The translations under genes and the position numbers were made by a program. A DNA stretch of 63,426 bases, the filler included, from Choristocarpus tenellus KU-1152 (lineage: Eukaryota; Protista; Phaeophyceae): the NCBI GenBank assembly GCA_964200185.2. It is 9 parts of 9 records of this genome, joined end to end, with 100 filler letters (N's around TTAATTAATTAA, not from the genome) between each part and the next. Parts side by side here need not be neighbours in the genome. Positions count along the whole stretch, not along the records: positions 1 to 6,478 come from CAXNAD020008055.1; positions 6,579 to 14,517 come from CAXNAD020005365.1; 7 more parts are not named here. The stretch is one strand, 5' to 3'. Of this stretch, positions 1 to 12,100 are shown in pieces. Each line of letters starts with the position of its first letter. Position 1 is the stretch's first letter. The notes under the pieces are model-generated. The model was not told the DNA's origin and did not search any database. It saw only the letters and a list, made by a program, of their open reading frames with translations.

Positions 1-136
1 CCCTTGTACCTTTTAGTGTCCGGCGTATTGACCCTGGTGTTGGAATCCCCGACGTCCCTTGTCGATGTTGAGGTAGTCTTGACGTCCATTGGTCTCCTCT
101 TGCCGGCCCCCCCTGGGAAGGGGTGGGCCCGTTTCC

Positions 137-607
137 TCATGGATCTTTCCTCTTAGTGTTTGCCTCTGTCTTGGCTTCCTTCTCCTTCTCTTCTCCCCCT
201 TCCTCAAAGTGGTCGTATCTGCAAAACCCATTTTTTTTCAGGAATTCACACTCCTTTCCTGCTTTCCACGCATAGCACAGGTTGTAGGCCCTTACCCCTT
301 CCTTTGATATTCCTGCTCTGGATCGATCTTCAGCCCTGGGAGATTTCGAAGCCCTAGTTTCCCCCCATGTCCCCGCCCTCTTCATGGATCGTGAGCGGGA
401 CTCAGTGCTATATAAGGCAGGTAGCATGTTCTTTGCTTGGGCCAGAGTCGCTTCGAGACATGTGAAAATTGGGCTCGGCGGTAGGGGTATCAGCGTGTCA
501 GGGGAGGGTGGTGTGTTAAACTTATTCCCTATAATATCCGCCGCTGCCGTCAATCGCTCTTCCCAACACGTGAGGTCCTCCTCCACTGCTCTGAAGATTA
601 ACTCCAC
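137..607 (-). CDS. Partial gag-like ORF with CCCH-type zinc finger (retroelement-derived), antisense to the adjacent Gypsy pol
   Basis: Translation contains C-YAWKAGKE-C-EFLKKNGF-C-RYD-H (C-x8-C-x8-C-x3-H) flanked by R/K/E-rich low-complexity sequence. No ATG start; frame is closed by TGA at 640-638 near the junction with the plus-strand protease. Confidence 0.45.
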   Translation of the reverse strand: MELIFRAVEEDLTCWEERLTAAADIIGNKFNTPPSPDTLIPLPPSPIFTCLEATLAQAKNMLPALYSTESRSRSMKRAGTWGETRASKSPRAEDRSRAGISKEGVRAYNLCYAWKAGKECEFLKKNGFCRYDHFEEGGEEKEKEAKTEANTKRKDP

Positions 608-612
608 GATTC

Positions 613-855
613 GTGGACTTTCTAACAGTGGGGGGTATCATCGAAAAAATTCCTGTGTATGTTGAAAATGAACCCTTAAAGAGTATTACTGTTGATACTG
701 CTACTGACATTCCAGTAATATCTCTCAGATACATTGAAGCCCACCCAACACTTTGTAAGGCACCCATTTGGGAGATTCCAGCAGGCGCTCTGAATTTAAA
801 AGGGGTAGGTGGCAGACCTCTCTCTGTAACTGGTTTCATTCAATTTACACGATAA
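613..855 (+). pseudogene. Retropepsin (aspartic protease) domain of the Gypsy pol
   Basis: ITVDTATDIPVIS resembles the D-T/S-G-A active site; LKGVGGRPLSVTG flap-like motif. Confidence 0.75.
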
Positions 856-1951
856 CAGCATTATGTCGGCATTTGAGGCAGTGCTAGATTGGGATAGAGA
901 GGATATGTCGTTTAAAGACAGTGATCAATGCATCCCAGCAAAACACAAAATTGTACCCCTTCCCATCTGTTCTCCCACCAAAAGATTTTTGCCAGACTGA
1001 AAATGCATCTCATGTTTCAATTTCAGTAATCACATCTGAATTTACTACACCAGTGCACACGGTAAAAAAAAGATATTCCTTCCCCTGGCACGGAAACGCT
1101 TGTTCCAGTTTGTTCTCAGGCACTTCGAGGAACAGCTACCGATGCAGTGGTGGAACCTATCATTTACACTGGCACAGACCTCCAGCATGAGGACGACATA
1201 CATCCCAACTGGCAACACATAATGGTCAGTCGAACCCTCACTGTTTGGGAAGAAGACGGAGGATGTCTAGTCAAAATTGCCAATTTGTCACAAAAAGGGA
1301 TCAAGTTACCAGCAGAGTTTGTAGTCGGTCATGTTTCCCCTGTATCAAAAACATACACTCTGTCAGATACCATAATAAGTGTAGTTGCAGCCACACCATC
1401 TACCCCCGAGGAACTGAAACAGGCTAGGGAGGAATTGAAGTTGTTTTTTTCTAAGATGGCTGTTACAAATACTCAACTGACATTGTCTGAACAAGAGGAA
1501 TTACTAGGTATAGTGGTTAAATTCAGACCAGTCTTTTCGTTGTCCGAAAAATAATTAGGTTGTTGCACCACTGCTACTGTTGGGTTTCCACTACAAGCAG
1601 GCGCTAAACCCGTAAGTAGACCACCGTATCGTGCGGCACCAAAAATACGCGACTCTATTCGACAAGGCGTAACTGATATGGAGAACCAGGGTATTATAAA
1701 ACTCTCATCTAGCCCATGGGCATTCCCTGTTTCCATTGTTGCCAAACCAGATGGATCACCTCGATTCTGTGTGGATTTTAGAGGAACCATAAATAAACAT
1801 TTGATACGTAATTCATGGCCTTTGCCATCCATGGATGAGTGCTTATCCACGTTGGGGAGTTCAAAATATTTATCTTGTTTAGATATTCAATCAGCCTACT
1901 GACCGGGAACTACCGATCACTGATGAATGCGAATGACAAAAAACTGCCTTT

Positions 1952-2401
1952 GAGTGAAAGTATCTTAGAGGGTACGAGTTTTTCCTTGTTTGTCTATTTG
2001 GGGGTTAGCTTCCCAACGGGTTTTTAATTACACTTTACTTACTCCAAAACCTTTTGGAGTAGGTAAATGTGTACGTTACGAAAAATGTGTCTGAAAGTGT
2101 GTGTGGAACAAGGATATTGGGCTCAAAGTACTTGGGGGGGTGGCTGCTGTCCATTTGGGGTCAATTTTTTCATGTGGCGATTTTTTCGTGATTTGGTTGT
2201 ATACGTCGGATGGATAATGCACACGCGCTTTTCCTGGTTATAGTCCATATGGACACCCTGGTGTAGACCCCCACCCCCCACCAGATACTTTGGATACTTG
2301 ACATCTCCTAATAAACACGATAGAAAAAATTACATCAAAGTGCAACATTGGATTTGGGTCCCCGTATGGACGCGGCTCTACCCTCTAAGATATTTTGACT
2401 C
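1952..2401 (+). mobile_element. MITE family A (Sola2-like), containing a nested family B MITE
   Basis: TIRs GAGTGAAAGTATCTTAGAGGGTA / TACCCTCTAAGATATTTTGACTC; 4-bp TSD CTTT (1948-1951, 2402-2405); splits the RT frame. Confidence 0.9.
2120..2296 (+). mobile_element. MITE family B nested inside the family A copy
   Basis: GGCTCAAAGTACTTGGGGGG ... CCCCCCACCAGATACTTTGGATA; absent from the other family A copies; homologous (reverse) to 15468-15657. Confidence 0.75.
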
Positions 2402-2943
2402 CTTTATCGCGCTGGATGGGAAATATGAGTTTCAGAGGTTACCATTTGGAGTACAAAATGCACCGTGGATCTTCCAACGCTTTATGTCTGAAACCTTTTC
2501 CAGTATTGGTCTTAGCTCAGGGTTGTTGGTATACTTAGATGATATTGTTTTGGCCTCTCCATCATGGACACACCATAAACAGTTGATCACTACAGTTTTG
2601 TCAATGTTACAAGATGTAGGGATTACGTTAAAGCCATCCAAGGCTCAATTTGGCTTAAAACAAATCCATTATTTGGGACATGATGTTAGCCCACAAGGAA
2701 TTGCTGTATCCCAAGCTCGTGTTGAAGCTATATTAGAATGCATCCTACTTAAACTGTGAAAGGCTTACAATCGTTTTTAGGTTCAATGAACTTTGTTAGG
2801 AAGTACATTCCTTACCTAGCAACAGTTAGTTGAATTGATTTGCCATACACAGAAAGGAAGTTAAAAAAAGGAGAACGCGTCAGTAAAACTAGCAAGGGAA
2901 GACCACAAGGATATCTCATCTAGATGGAATCGACCACAGCAGA

Positions 2944-3200
2944 GAGTGAAAGTATCTTAGAGGGTACAATTTTTGCCTTGTTCATCCATTTGGAACTTAG
3001 CTTCCCAAGGCTTCTTTTATGACATTTTCCTACTCCAAAATGTTTCGGAGTAGGTAAAATGTATACGTTATGAAAAAGTGTTTCTGACACATAGGTATTG
3101 ACACTTCCTAACAAACACGATGGCCAAAATTACATCAAATCGCAACATTGTATTTTCACCCCCAAATAAACACGGCTCTACCCTCTAAGATACTTTGTCT
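2944..3200 (+). mobile_element. MITE family A (Sola2-like)
   Basis: Same TIRs; TSD CAGA; removal restores the pol frame WNRPQQTAFNEC. Confidence 0.9.
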
Positions 3201-3640
3201 CAGACTGCTTTTAATGAATGCAAACGAATATTATCTGGGGCTCCAGTGCTACACTTTCCTGATTTTTCTAAGGAATTTTTTATTCATGTAGATGCCAGTA
3301 ATGTTGGGGCAGGGGCGTCTTTAGCGCATAAAAATGATGATGACAATTTTGATATAATTGCATACCATAGTGCCTTACGTTCCCCCTCCCAACGTAAATA
3401 TTCTGCCACACAAAAAGAGTGCCTTGCAGGTATTCTGGCAATCCAACCTTGGAGACCGTATGTTTGGGGTAAACATTTCACAGTTATTAGTGACCATTCA
3501 GCCTTATGGTGGCTGCATACGATGCAAGATAGGACCAAACTGTTAACTCGATGGGCCTTAGCTTGCCAAGGTTTAATTTTACCATCCTTCATAATCCTGG
3601 CAGAAACAATTACATCCCAGATATGTTGTCACGTCCGGAA
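3201..3640 (+). pseudogene. RNase H domain of the Gypsy pol
   Basis: APVLHFPDFSKEFFIHVDAS, YSATQKECLA, SDHSAL, LTRW, then frameshift to NYIPDMLSR. Confidence 0.9.
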
Positions 3641-4074
3641 GAATATTGTAAACATGAATCTGAACCAGCACCCCTAATTCCTGTATGTCGAAATGTGGGT
3701 ACAAAAACCACTGATGCAAGTTCTCAAGCAAGTAAGGTCTACCCTGCCTATGAATTGTCTGTGGATCGACTAGGCGAAATTACTAAAGTGGCAAATGACT
3801 CTGAGCTCTTTGCAAGCTCCATCAATGTGTTCCCTGTAATTGATACGGAAGTTCTAGCCAAGGCCCAACATGAGCAGTTTGAAGCTTATTTTCAACACCT
3901 GGCAGACCCAAGCAATACAGTATTACCCCCTAAGGAAACGGTCTACACCGTGTCATATTTTTTCACTCTAGAACGAGAAAATAGACTTTTACTCTACCGG
4001 TCGTATCAACCTGGTCACCTTCGAAAAAACGGAGAATTTCGAGATCAGTTAGTAGCCCCAACGGAGGTCCATAG

Positions 4075-5400
4075 TTAGATTTTACACGCCCTACATGACC
4101 ATAAAGTTGCCGACCATCTTTCGTTTTAAATACACCTTTGACCGGGTTCGCGATAGATTTTGGTGGCCAACCTTACATAAAGACGTGAGGGAGTTGGTGT
4201 AAAACTTGCCAGTCCTGTCTAAGACGTAATACCTCGCACTCTCTCACCCCATTACCGACAGGACATATGCCTGTCACACGTCCATTTTAACGACTTGCTA
4301 TTGACCTAGTTAAATATAAGACCACATCAGACGGTGCAAAATATGTGCTATCCGCTGTAGACCATCTTACAAGATTTGCAATCTTGGTTGGCATTGGAAA
4401 CAAGCAAGAAAAAACCGTGGCTAAAGCTCTCGGCGACCGTATTTTTTCCATCTTTGGTCCTCCTGAAACACTCCACTCTGACCAATGGAAAGAAATTGAG
4501 AATAAGCTCGTGGCTGGGTTGCGTAAAGTGTATGGATATCATAAAACCAAGACAACGGCATATCAACCGCAAGGCAATAGTGTATGTGAACGTATTCATT
4601 CTACAATGCATGGTATGCTGGCCATGTATTCATATATGGACCAATCTGACTGGGCCTCATTATTGCCCCTTGTCCAGCTAGCACATAATACAGCCTACAA
4701 TACCACTGTTCAAGAAACCCCATTTTTTCTCATGTTTCGGAGGCGCCCAATTTTACCAATTGATCTTATTTTGGGGGTCCCTGAGACCCCCCCCATAACT
4801 GCACAAGAATACAGTATGAAAACAGTGAAGAATTTACAGCTAGCCTATGAATTTGCCCGGCGTAATATTGGTGAGATGGTTTTACGGAACGAATCAAAGA
4901 ACATGAACCATAAACTCCCACTATACGAACCCGGAGATAAAGTGTGGCTTCACAAATCACATACTTCAGCTGATGCACCAAACCCCAAGTTGTTGTTCCC
5001 ATGGAGAGGACCTTATGAAGTGAAGGCACGTATAACACCTGTTGTATATCGCGTAAAACGCTTGGAAGATCGACAGGAAGTGAGAGTTCATCTGGTCAGA
5101 CTTAAACCCTACAAGGAGGGTAAGGCCACAGAGTCAGATATAGATGCCCTTAGTTCACTCTTATTAGGCCGGATCTTACCTGAACCGGATTTTGATCAGG
5201 GGTCAAAGACACAGCCAACTATTGGATCTTACAATGTAGAGGGCATTGTTGATCATAGACGTGGGGTAGGAAGAAAGACCACCCGCAATTATTTGTACCG
5301 GCTTCGCTTCAAGGATATTCACCGGTCAGTGATGTATGGCGCAACCTGCTGAAATACCTGAATGTGCAGAGATGATCGCAGCCTATAGGGATGAAAACAA
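4075..5400 (+). pseudogene. Integrase (frameshifted HHCC region, DDE core, GPY/F) plus C-terminal chromodomain
   Basis: LHDH..DHL and FWWPTLHKDV in broken frames; ORF 4345-5352 has VDHLTRF, LHSDQ, PQGNSVCER, WRGPY, SYNVEGIVDHRR; chromodomain continues after a frameshift (EMIAAY). Confidence 0.92.
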
Positions 5401-6122
5401 GTTGGACCTCCCTAATGTAAGAGCCACTGGCCAAGCGACTTGTCATAATCAAAAGACACCTGCCATTACAACAGCCGAAGAACTTGTAATACCGCCAACC
5501 GGATGTCCACCTAATAGCAACCAAGCCTCCTCTAATATTTGTGACACCCCTCCTTGTGGACTGGAAAGAGCGATGAATTCCTCGATTCTAGTGGGTTGCT
5601 AGCCTGGTGAGTTGCCACCAGATTCCACAGGTAGAGAAGATGTTTCTTTTTCACTACCAAGATGGCGGAAGCGATGCCGATAGATTCTTGAAGACCATCC
5701 CTAGGCTCAGTCCGGGTGGTATTTTCAGAGCTTAGGGTTAGGGTTGATAGTAAGGGATGATGAGTTTGACCCACCCTTGACACTATCCCCACAACACTCC
5801 CCAATAGATGACTTGATGCACCAAAGCTGTGGTGATATTGAGCTTCATTTACTCGGAGCCCCGGGAGGCATGTAGGAGACAGGCAGGTTCATGCCATTTT
5901 TCTCACTACGCTTTCCACGCTTTAACACAGATTTCGCTTGGACTAGAGTGCGACCTAGGGCTGATCACCACTAGTGCTACACCATTTATGTTTCTAACCC
6001 TGAGTTGACACAACCGGGATGTTTAATTTTTTTTCTCCCAAAGATGGACCTGTCCGACATGAAGCGCTGGCGAGCCACTTTTGTGTTTGTGTTGGATAGT
6101 ATCCACACTGAAGGGGGGACAA

Positions 6123-6478
6123 TGTCAGGGACAGGCAGGTTCTTTTTTTGGGATCTCCGACACACACACTAGTGCATAAGACGCGCGGTCATATACAATT
6201 GCGCGCGCCAACCACGTCATAAGGAAAGAGAATACAGTATGTACCTTCTACCTCAGAGTCTCTTCAGTCTTTCTAAAACAGTTTGTCGCTCTCCTGGCAT
6301 AATCTTACTGTGACCCAACCCCAAGACGAAAGTATATGCCAAGCACATAAAAAACCCCGACGAATGTCACTCTGGACCGTTTTTTTCCTCGAGTCGGCCT
6401 TGATCCATTCCACTTTTGCCTTCTGCAGCAGAAAGGACACTTGGTTCATGCTAAACAATTCCGCTACATGCTCGTACG
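6123..6478 (+). repeat. 3' LTR of the Gypsy element (truncated by linker)
   Basis: Starts TGTCAGGGACAGG two bases after the PPT; the first 40-95 bp recur at 37958 and 46267. Confidence 0.75.
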
Positions 6479-6578
6479 NNNNNNNNNNNNNNNNNNNNNN
6501 NNNNNNNNNNNNNNNNNNNNNNTTAATTAATTAANNNNNNNNNNNNNNNNNNNNNNNNNNNNNNNNNNNNNNNNNNNN
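6479..6578. other. Artificial assembly linker N44-TTAATTAATTAA-N44
   Basis: Identical 100-bp linkers, with stops in all six frames, also at 14518-14617, 35806-35905, 39009-39108, 43637-43736, 47605-47704, 56966-57065 and 60153-60252. Confidence 0.98.
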
Positions 6579-7035
6579 CATAACGAGGAAAGGCACGGGG
6601 GGGAGCCGTGGTTGAATGGCAGGGATAAGTTATGCCTGGGTAGAAAGGCTGGGTTGAACCATAGTTTCTGTACCCACAAATACAAAATTTGTTGATCAAG
6701 CAAAAAGTACATGTGTATCTGTGGAGTCTGTGCCTAACTTTGAACTTCAAAGTTGCTATTCCTCACCTATTGAAGACAATGCATGACATGCAAGACGAGT
6801 ACAACGTGCAGCGACCGATAAATGTATTGATTTGTTGGAAATATATATATTTTTCGGTTCTGGACAATGTTACACTTTATTGAAAACTATGAAACATGTG
6901 AAGTGCAGTAACTCCAGGGGTTTTCTCTAGGCCAACAAATTAAAATAAGTTCCATCCACCAGCCAGACGGGTCCCACGTCCCAGTCCATATACAATAGGT
7001 ATTGAACCGGTCCATGTCCATGTCCGGACCAGTGT

Positions 7036-7292
7036 GAGTCAAATTATCTAAGAGGGTAGTGCCGCTTCCATTTGGGGGCCAATTTCCAATGTTGCGATTT
7101 TTATGTATTTTTGGTTATTGTGTTTGTTAGGAAGTGTCAAAATCCTTGTTCCGGACGAACCTTTTCATAACGCATACGTTTTACCTACTGAGAAATATTT
7201 TGGAATAGGAAAATGCCATAAAAACTCCTGAGGGAAGCCAAGCCCCAAATGGGCAAACAGGAAAAGTCGTACCCTCTAAGATACTTTCACTC
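7036..7292 (-). mobile_element. MITE family A (Sola2-like)
   Basis: GAGTCAAATTATCTAAGAGGGTA ... TACCCTCTAAGATACTTTCACTC; TSD GTGT. Confidence 0.9.
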
Positions 7293-7577
7293 GTGTTACA
7301 AATATTTAACATGTCCTGATCCATATCCACAGGTTGGCCAGTCTAACTTTTTCCCTTGTGTGTGAGGACCATGGCTGCCCATGGGTTCAATTTTTTCTGG
7401 CATGTCCGGACTATGCAAAAGAGAGCTACTCTGATAGAGTATTTTGCTTTATGTGGTATGGATTTGTTTATTAGCGGAGTGAGCACTATCCTCAAGGTGG
7501 GGGGGTGGTGCTCTCCCTTGTTATCTAATTCATTCCTCATCAAGCACGTCAGAGATATGTTTAAACATGTTTGTGAC

Positions 7578-7647
7578 AGTTACACTACGTCAGTCACTTA
7601 TAAGTTCAAGTTACACTACGTCAGTCGCTTGTAAGTTCAAGTTACAT
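7578..7647. repeat. 31-bp tandem repeat, about 2.2 copies
   Basis: AGTTACACTACGTCAGTC(A/G)CTT(A/G)TAAGTTCA repeated. Confidence 0.85.
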
Positions 7648-7699
7648 TTCTTCATTCACTTTTACACTATAAACCATATAGACTACTAGTCTATATTGC

Positions 7700-8040
7700 A
7701 CACGGACCATGCCTTGGTAAAATATAAAATAGGAGGCATGACCATTACTTGACTGGCCCGATCGCGAAAAAATATAGATACTGACCATAGATAAAATGTT
7801 CTAACATGGCCGAGTCCATGACCATTGCTTACTCAACATGACCAGACCACTGACCCGCCATATGGAACCAGGCTCGAACATGGCGAGTCCATGGCCATCA
7901 CTTACTCAACATGACCAGGGCGTCCACTGGCCATGTATAACCAAGTTCGAACGTGACCGAGTCCATGGACATTGACTGGTTCGACATGGTCGGGCCAAGG
8001 ACTGGACTGCGGCTCTATAGCCAACGGTGGACATGCTAAC
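7700..8040. repeat. Degenerate CATG-rich minisatellite
   Basis: Recurrent AACATGGCCGAGTCCATG(A/G)CCAT..CTTACTCAACATGACCAG units. Confidence 0.6.
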
Positions 8041-8873
8041 TGCCCAGCCCAATGAAAAGCCCTGAAAAAATCCTGAAAAAATCCACAATGATAGCATTTC
8101 CACCTTGTGTGATGTAGCTTATGGCACTACCTCTTTTAGTATTATGCAATCACTTCAGATGTAGAGGAGGGCATCTGTGGATCAATCAGTGGTTAATTGC
8201 TTTCATCTGTAGGAGTAGAGACTGCATGTTCTTCCTTCTTTCTCATTTTGGGCCCCACCTAGTTCATGTAACAACAACAAATCTAACTTGAAACAAGAAG
8301 TTTTGTTTCAAAGCAGAAATTCGTCTTGCGCACCACGACCAAGTCTGTCACATACACGCGACCCTCGACTGGGTTCCATAATTCCTACCTTCTTCTAATT
8401 GCTGAGACTATACTACTGTGAAGATATTATTCCAGAGCATTAATAATTACACAATTTATTTTGTCATCGCTCCCATATATTCCGAGATTCTCCCAGCCAT
8501 GGCTAGAGAGACACTACACATTGCACTACTTCTTATACTTACTAATGATGAAATGTTGCATTACGACTAATTGTACTGTCTCTGTTCCTACCTTGCTTCT
8601 CGTGCGTCGGGTTCAACGCTCGGATTCCACCCCTCTTCGCTCTCTGTCCTCCCTCGAATTTTCTACCGGACTCTCCCCAAAGTCTCCACTCTGATCTTAT
8701 AGTACAAGTGAATAACGTGTTGTGCTCTCCACATTCTATTCCATAATCGAAACCAGATTCTGGTGTTAAAGGGGTTCAACTTTGAAGCCGCTAAATCAAT
8801 ACAGGTAGCCGTAAACCTTACCTTAACACTGAACCACGACGAGGACACTCACATAGTATAGGACAGAGTATGT

Positions 8874-9139
8874 GAGCCAAAGTAGCTTGGAGGGTAAGGC
8901 CGCGTCCGTTTGGGGGCAAAATCCAATGTTGCGATTTTTATAATTTTTTGGCTATCGCGTTGTTAGGGAGTGTCAATATCCTTGTTCTGGACACGACTTT
9001 CATATCTTTTCATAACATACACGTTTTACCTATTCCCAAACATTTTGGAGTAGGAAAATGTCATAAAAAACCCTGTGAGAAGTCAAGCACCAAACGGACA
9101 AATAGATCTAAACTCGTACCCTCTAAGATACTTTCACTC
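8874..9139 (-). mobile_element. MITE family A (Sola2-like)
   Basis: GAGCCAAAGTAGCTTGGAGGGTA ... TACCCTCTAAGATACTTTCACTC; TSD ATGT. Confidence 0.9.
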
Positions 9140-12100
9140 ATGTGGGTATACATAGTCTGTTGGGGTTGCCAAATGATATTGGATTGTAACAGTGTTCAGA
9201 TATCTGTGAAAAGAAGTTTAGCGTCGAAGGAAATCGAACCCCGTAGATTTGTGCGAGTAGTCACAATCTTTCTCACTGAACCATTATGACGTATAAAGTA
9301 TTTTTTTATTCTGTCTCACCAAACCAAAACCCTACAACGATTCGAAAATAACAGTAGTAGTTGTAGTAGTTGGTTATAGTAGTAGTAGTAATAGTAGATA
9401 CCTTTCGCCATTTTGGGACTCTGTGTCCTCCATTCCGATTCATTGGTTCAACCCTAATAAACCCTGTGTGATAGAGGTAAATATCTGTAGAGAAATCTGT
9501 GATAAGAGTCATAGGTTCACCATGGAGACCAAGGCAGTCGACGTCTCCCCCGATAAGGTAGATGTACATTGGTTCATGTAAGGTTTTGTTCTGATTGGAG
9601 TGTACCATGATCAAAGTTCCCCAACCGTGGCCAACAAGACTTTTGTGCGGACTCCTGAGCATCACGAACGTTTCTGACTACTCCACTCCCTTCTGAGTAC
9701 ACAGGAAAATTCACCAGGGACACCTACTCTCGGTTATCCCCCGCCACCCGTCTGCGCCGGTGGATGTCCACAATATTGGTACAATATATGCCTTCGTTTG
9801 CACGCGGAAGCTGTCCACATGGTCAAGCAAGCAGAGAACGTGGTAAGAACTGAGATTAAGGCCTTGTCTCACCCCTGCGCAATCAACGCAGTCAAGGGCA
9901 TTGTCCTCACCTTTCTTCTTCTCACAATACCACTTGACTGTGTTGATCCAATCAGCGCAAGTTACATACATTGGAAAGACTTGGGCGGGAGCGAAGGGTC
10001 GCTGAGTTGGCTGCCAGTGCGCTGTTGTCTGAGAAAGCAAATATGGTGGTAGAATGTGGCGAAGAAGTTGAAAACGAAAAGGTGAGCGCTGCCTACAAAT
10101 ACTTGCCTCTCTACGGATTATTCGTTTCACTTGATCAACCCATTCCCGATTGCCTCACCCTCGAATTTTTCCAGTAGTGTCGATTTATTTGTGCCATTTT
10201 CATACCGTCTTGCTATCACGAAGTGCCCATTATTCATTCACTCCACTCCCAAGACAATGTTTCCCTGCTTACACCCTCTTGCCTTTCTCCATCCATCCAA
10301 CATCCGAGGAATCTAACTTTCGCTCTGTGATGATCTCACCTCTTTTCTTAGGATGAAGGTCATCCAGGGAATGGTGACGCATCTGGTGGTGAGGGTCCAC
10401 CTCCTCCGCCAGAACCTATCCCTTCCCCTTCCACTCCCTCTTCTACTCTCCCAGACCTATCTAACTCATCCAACCCAGCTCACCTTCTCGGACTCAATCT
10501 TAGCAGCCTGCTCGAGACAGGTGGCAGGGAGGAACTAAAGCTTGCAGTGTCGAGGCTCCACCAATTAGTGAGTCCACGTGTGGATTTGTGAAGGTTCTGA
10601 TTGAAGTTAACTCGGAAGGGAGGTGGGGGAGGGTGAATGGATAGGAAGAGGGTGAATTTGTGAGTTAACAGAGTAGTCCTTAACTGTGGGGGTTGGATGT
10701 GCGACTCTTGGATTAGAGAAGACGAAGGGTCAGTATTAGCATGCACTAATACATGGAATTGGTAAGCAATGATAGGTCCTGAATATCCCCCTGCATCCCA
10801 TAAAGTAAGGACCATCTATAATTTGGACTTATTCTGTCCCCCTTTCTGGTCTTATTTTCAATCTTGTGACCTGCTGATGTGATAGGTGACTGTGCAGCAC
10901 GACGAACTGGGTGCTATGGACAAGAATCTTGCCAAAGCAACCGAGAATATTGCAGATCTTATAGAGTTGGTAAATGAAAAGGCAAGTGATGAGCAACACA
11001 GCCTGCAGTTGTAGCATGAAGACCTCCCACTGTTTTCCCGTTAAAAAAAATCAGGATTGCTACTTTGTGCTTGCTGATGTTTGTTATCCTGTCGAAATAT
11101 CCTGCTATCAGGTCATGGTCTTTACAAGGTTGCACACACCACACAGCATTGAGTCTGGTCTGACGAATGATGCCCTCCCTTATGTCTCTCTTTTCTTAAT
11201 GCCCTTTCAGGATTGTCAGCTTGATGCCTGGGAAGCAACAACTCACACCCTTTTGCATGCCAACAGTCCGTTGGGCTATGAATACAACAGGGCATTGACA
11301 TTCCACACATCACCCAGGGGTTGCCAAGATGACAATGCCAGAGAAATGTCTACTCCTTTAGGCATTCGGTCTTCCGGTCAGCGAATGATGAAGGTATTGC
11401 TTCTCACATTGCTGACTGGGCTCACCACTGGTGTGCAGATGTGTTTTTTTCTGACTTTTCACTTTGTTCCTAGCTTAGTAGATACACCATGAGTATTTGT
11501 GTACAAGAGTGAGAGCATGCTTTCCAGCCAATTTGGACTCTACTCTTCTACAGCACCTCTTTTTATCCACCTAATGTTTGGCCCATGGTACCCTAATCAC
11601 AAGCAGTTGCATCCCTGCCAGGCTGATGAAGATGGAGATGCTGTCATCTTTAATGACAGCACGCCTGTGCGTGACCTCAGAACAGCACTCCACCTGACCT
11701 TGCCTAAATCCATTCATGAGGTCGACATTTTCCGGGATCCTACCACAGTTTCAGAGCCAGGTGTAGAATGTAGTGTTCAATACCAAGGTGGTATCAAAAG
11801 TGCTGACGGGACTACCAAAGGGCGAGTGGAGCGACCAGGAACGTGTGGGCAAGCGGGTGAGGAGAATCAACATGGGGAGATCAAGGACCAAGGGTTGAGA
11901 TTGGGACTTGGTTATTCTAACAGGCATTCCATGGACAACAGATTGAACCGATCAGTCCCATCCTTGCTCCTTGAGGGGGACTATACTGATGGTGTTCAGA
12001 TGGTCAATGAGAAGAAGTTGGAAGAGCAGAATATTGATGGTGAGGGTGATGTAGCACAAGATGGGGTGGGTGTCTGCAGGGAAAGTCAAATAGAAGAGAT

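Larger units (their letters stand above)
1555..2759 (+). pseudogene. Reverse transcriptase domain of the Gypsy pol, interrupted by a MITE at 1952-2401
   Basis: RPPYR, SPWAFPV, RFCVDFR, LDIQSAY; KTAF|IALDGKYEF is restored after removing the MITE and one TSD copy; LPFG and YLDD present. Confidence 0.92.
613..6478 (+). mobile_element. Degenerate Ty3/Gypsy LTR retrotransposon with chromodomain integrase (PR-RT-RH-IN-CHD, PPT, 3' LTR start)
   Basis: Protease VDTATD (613-855); RT motifs SPWAFPVSIVAKPDGSPRFCVDFR, LDIQSAY, LPFGVQNAP, YLDD; RNase H DAS, YSATQKECLA, SDH; integrase core (4345 on) with GPY motif; chromodomain YNVEGIVDHRR..YLYRLRFK; PPT GAAGGGGGGAC at about 6110-6120 followed by TG. Domain order is Gypsy-type. 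Many stops and frameshifts. Confidence 0.95.

Noticed and set aside
6523-6534. Palindromic TTAATTAATTAA repeated eight times within N runs
   Set aside because: Artificial six-frame-stop linker. Apparent clustering of myosin, villin-headpiece and SEC8 genes across linkers is therefore not evidence of a gene cluster.
9220-9292. tRNA-like A/B boxes on the minus strand (TGGTTCAGTG..GGTTCGATTTCC), with a similar hint at 6600-6660
   Set aside because: No convincing cloverleaf or anticodon arm; at most a decayed SINE head.
9711-10130. Possible short exons MYVTCADWINTVKWYCEKKK / DGWRGITESRCP
   Set aside because: Splice sites are plausible, but the model could not be extended or assigned to a family.
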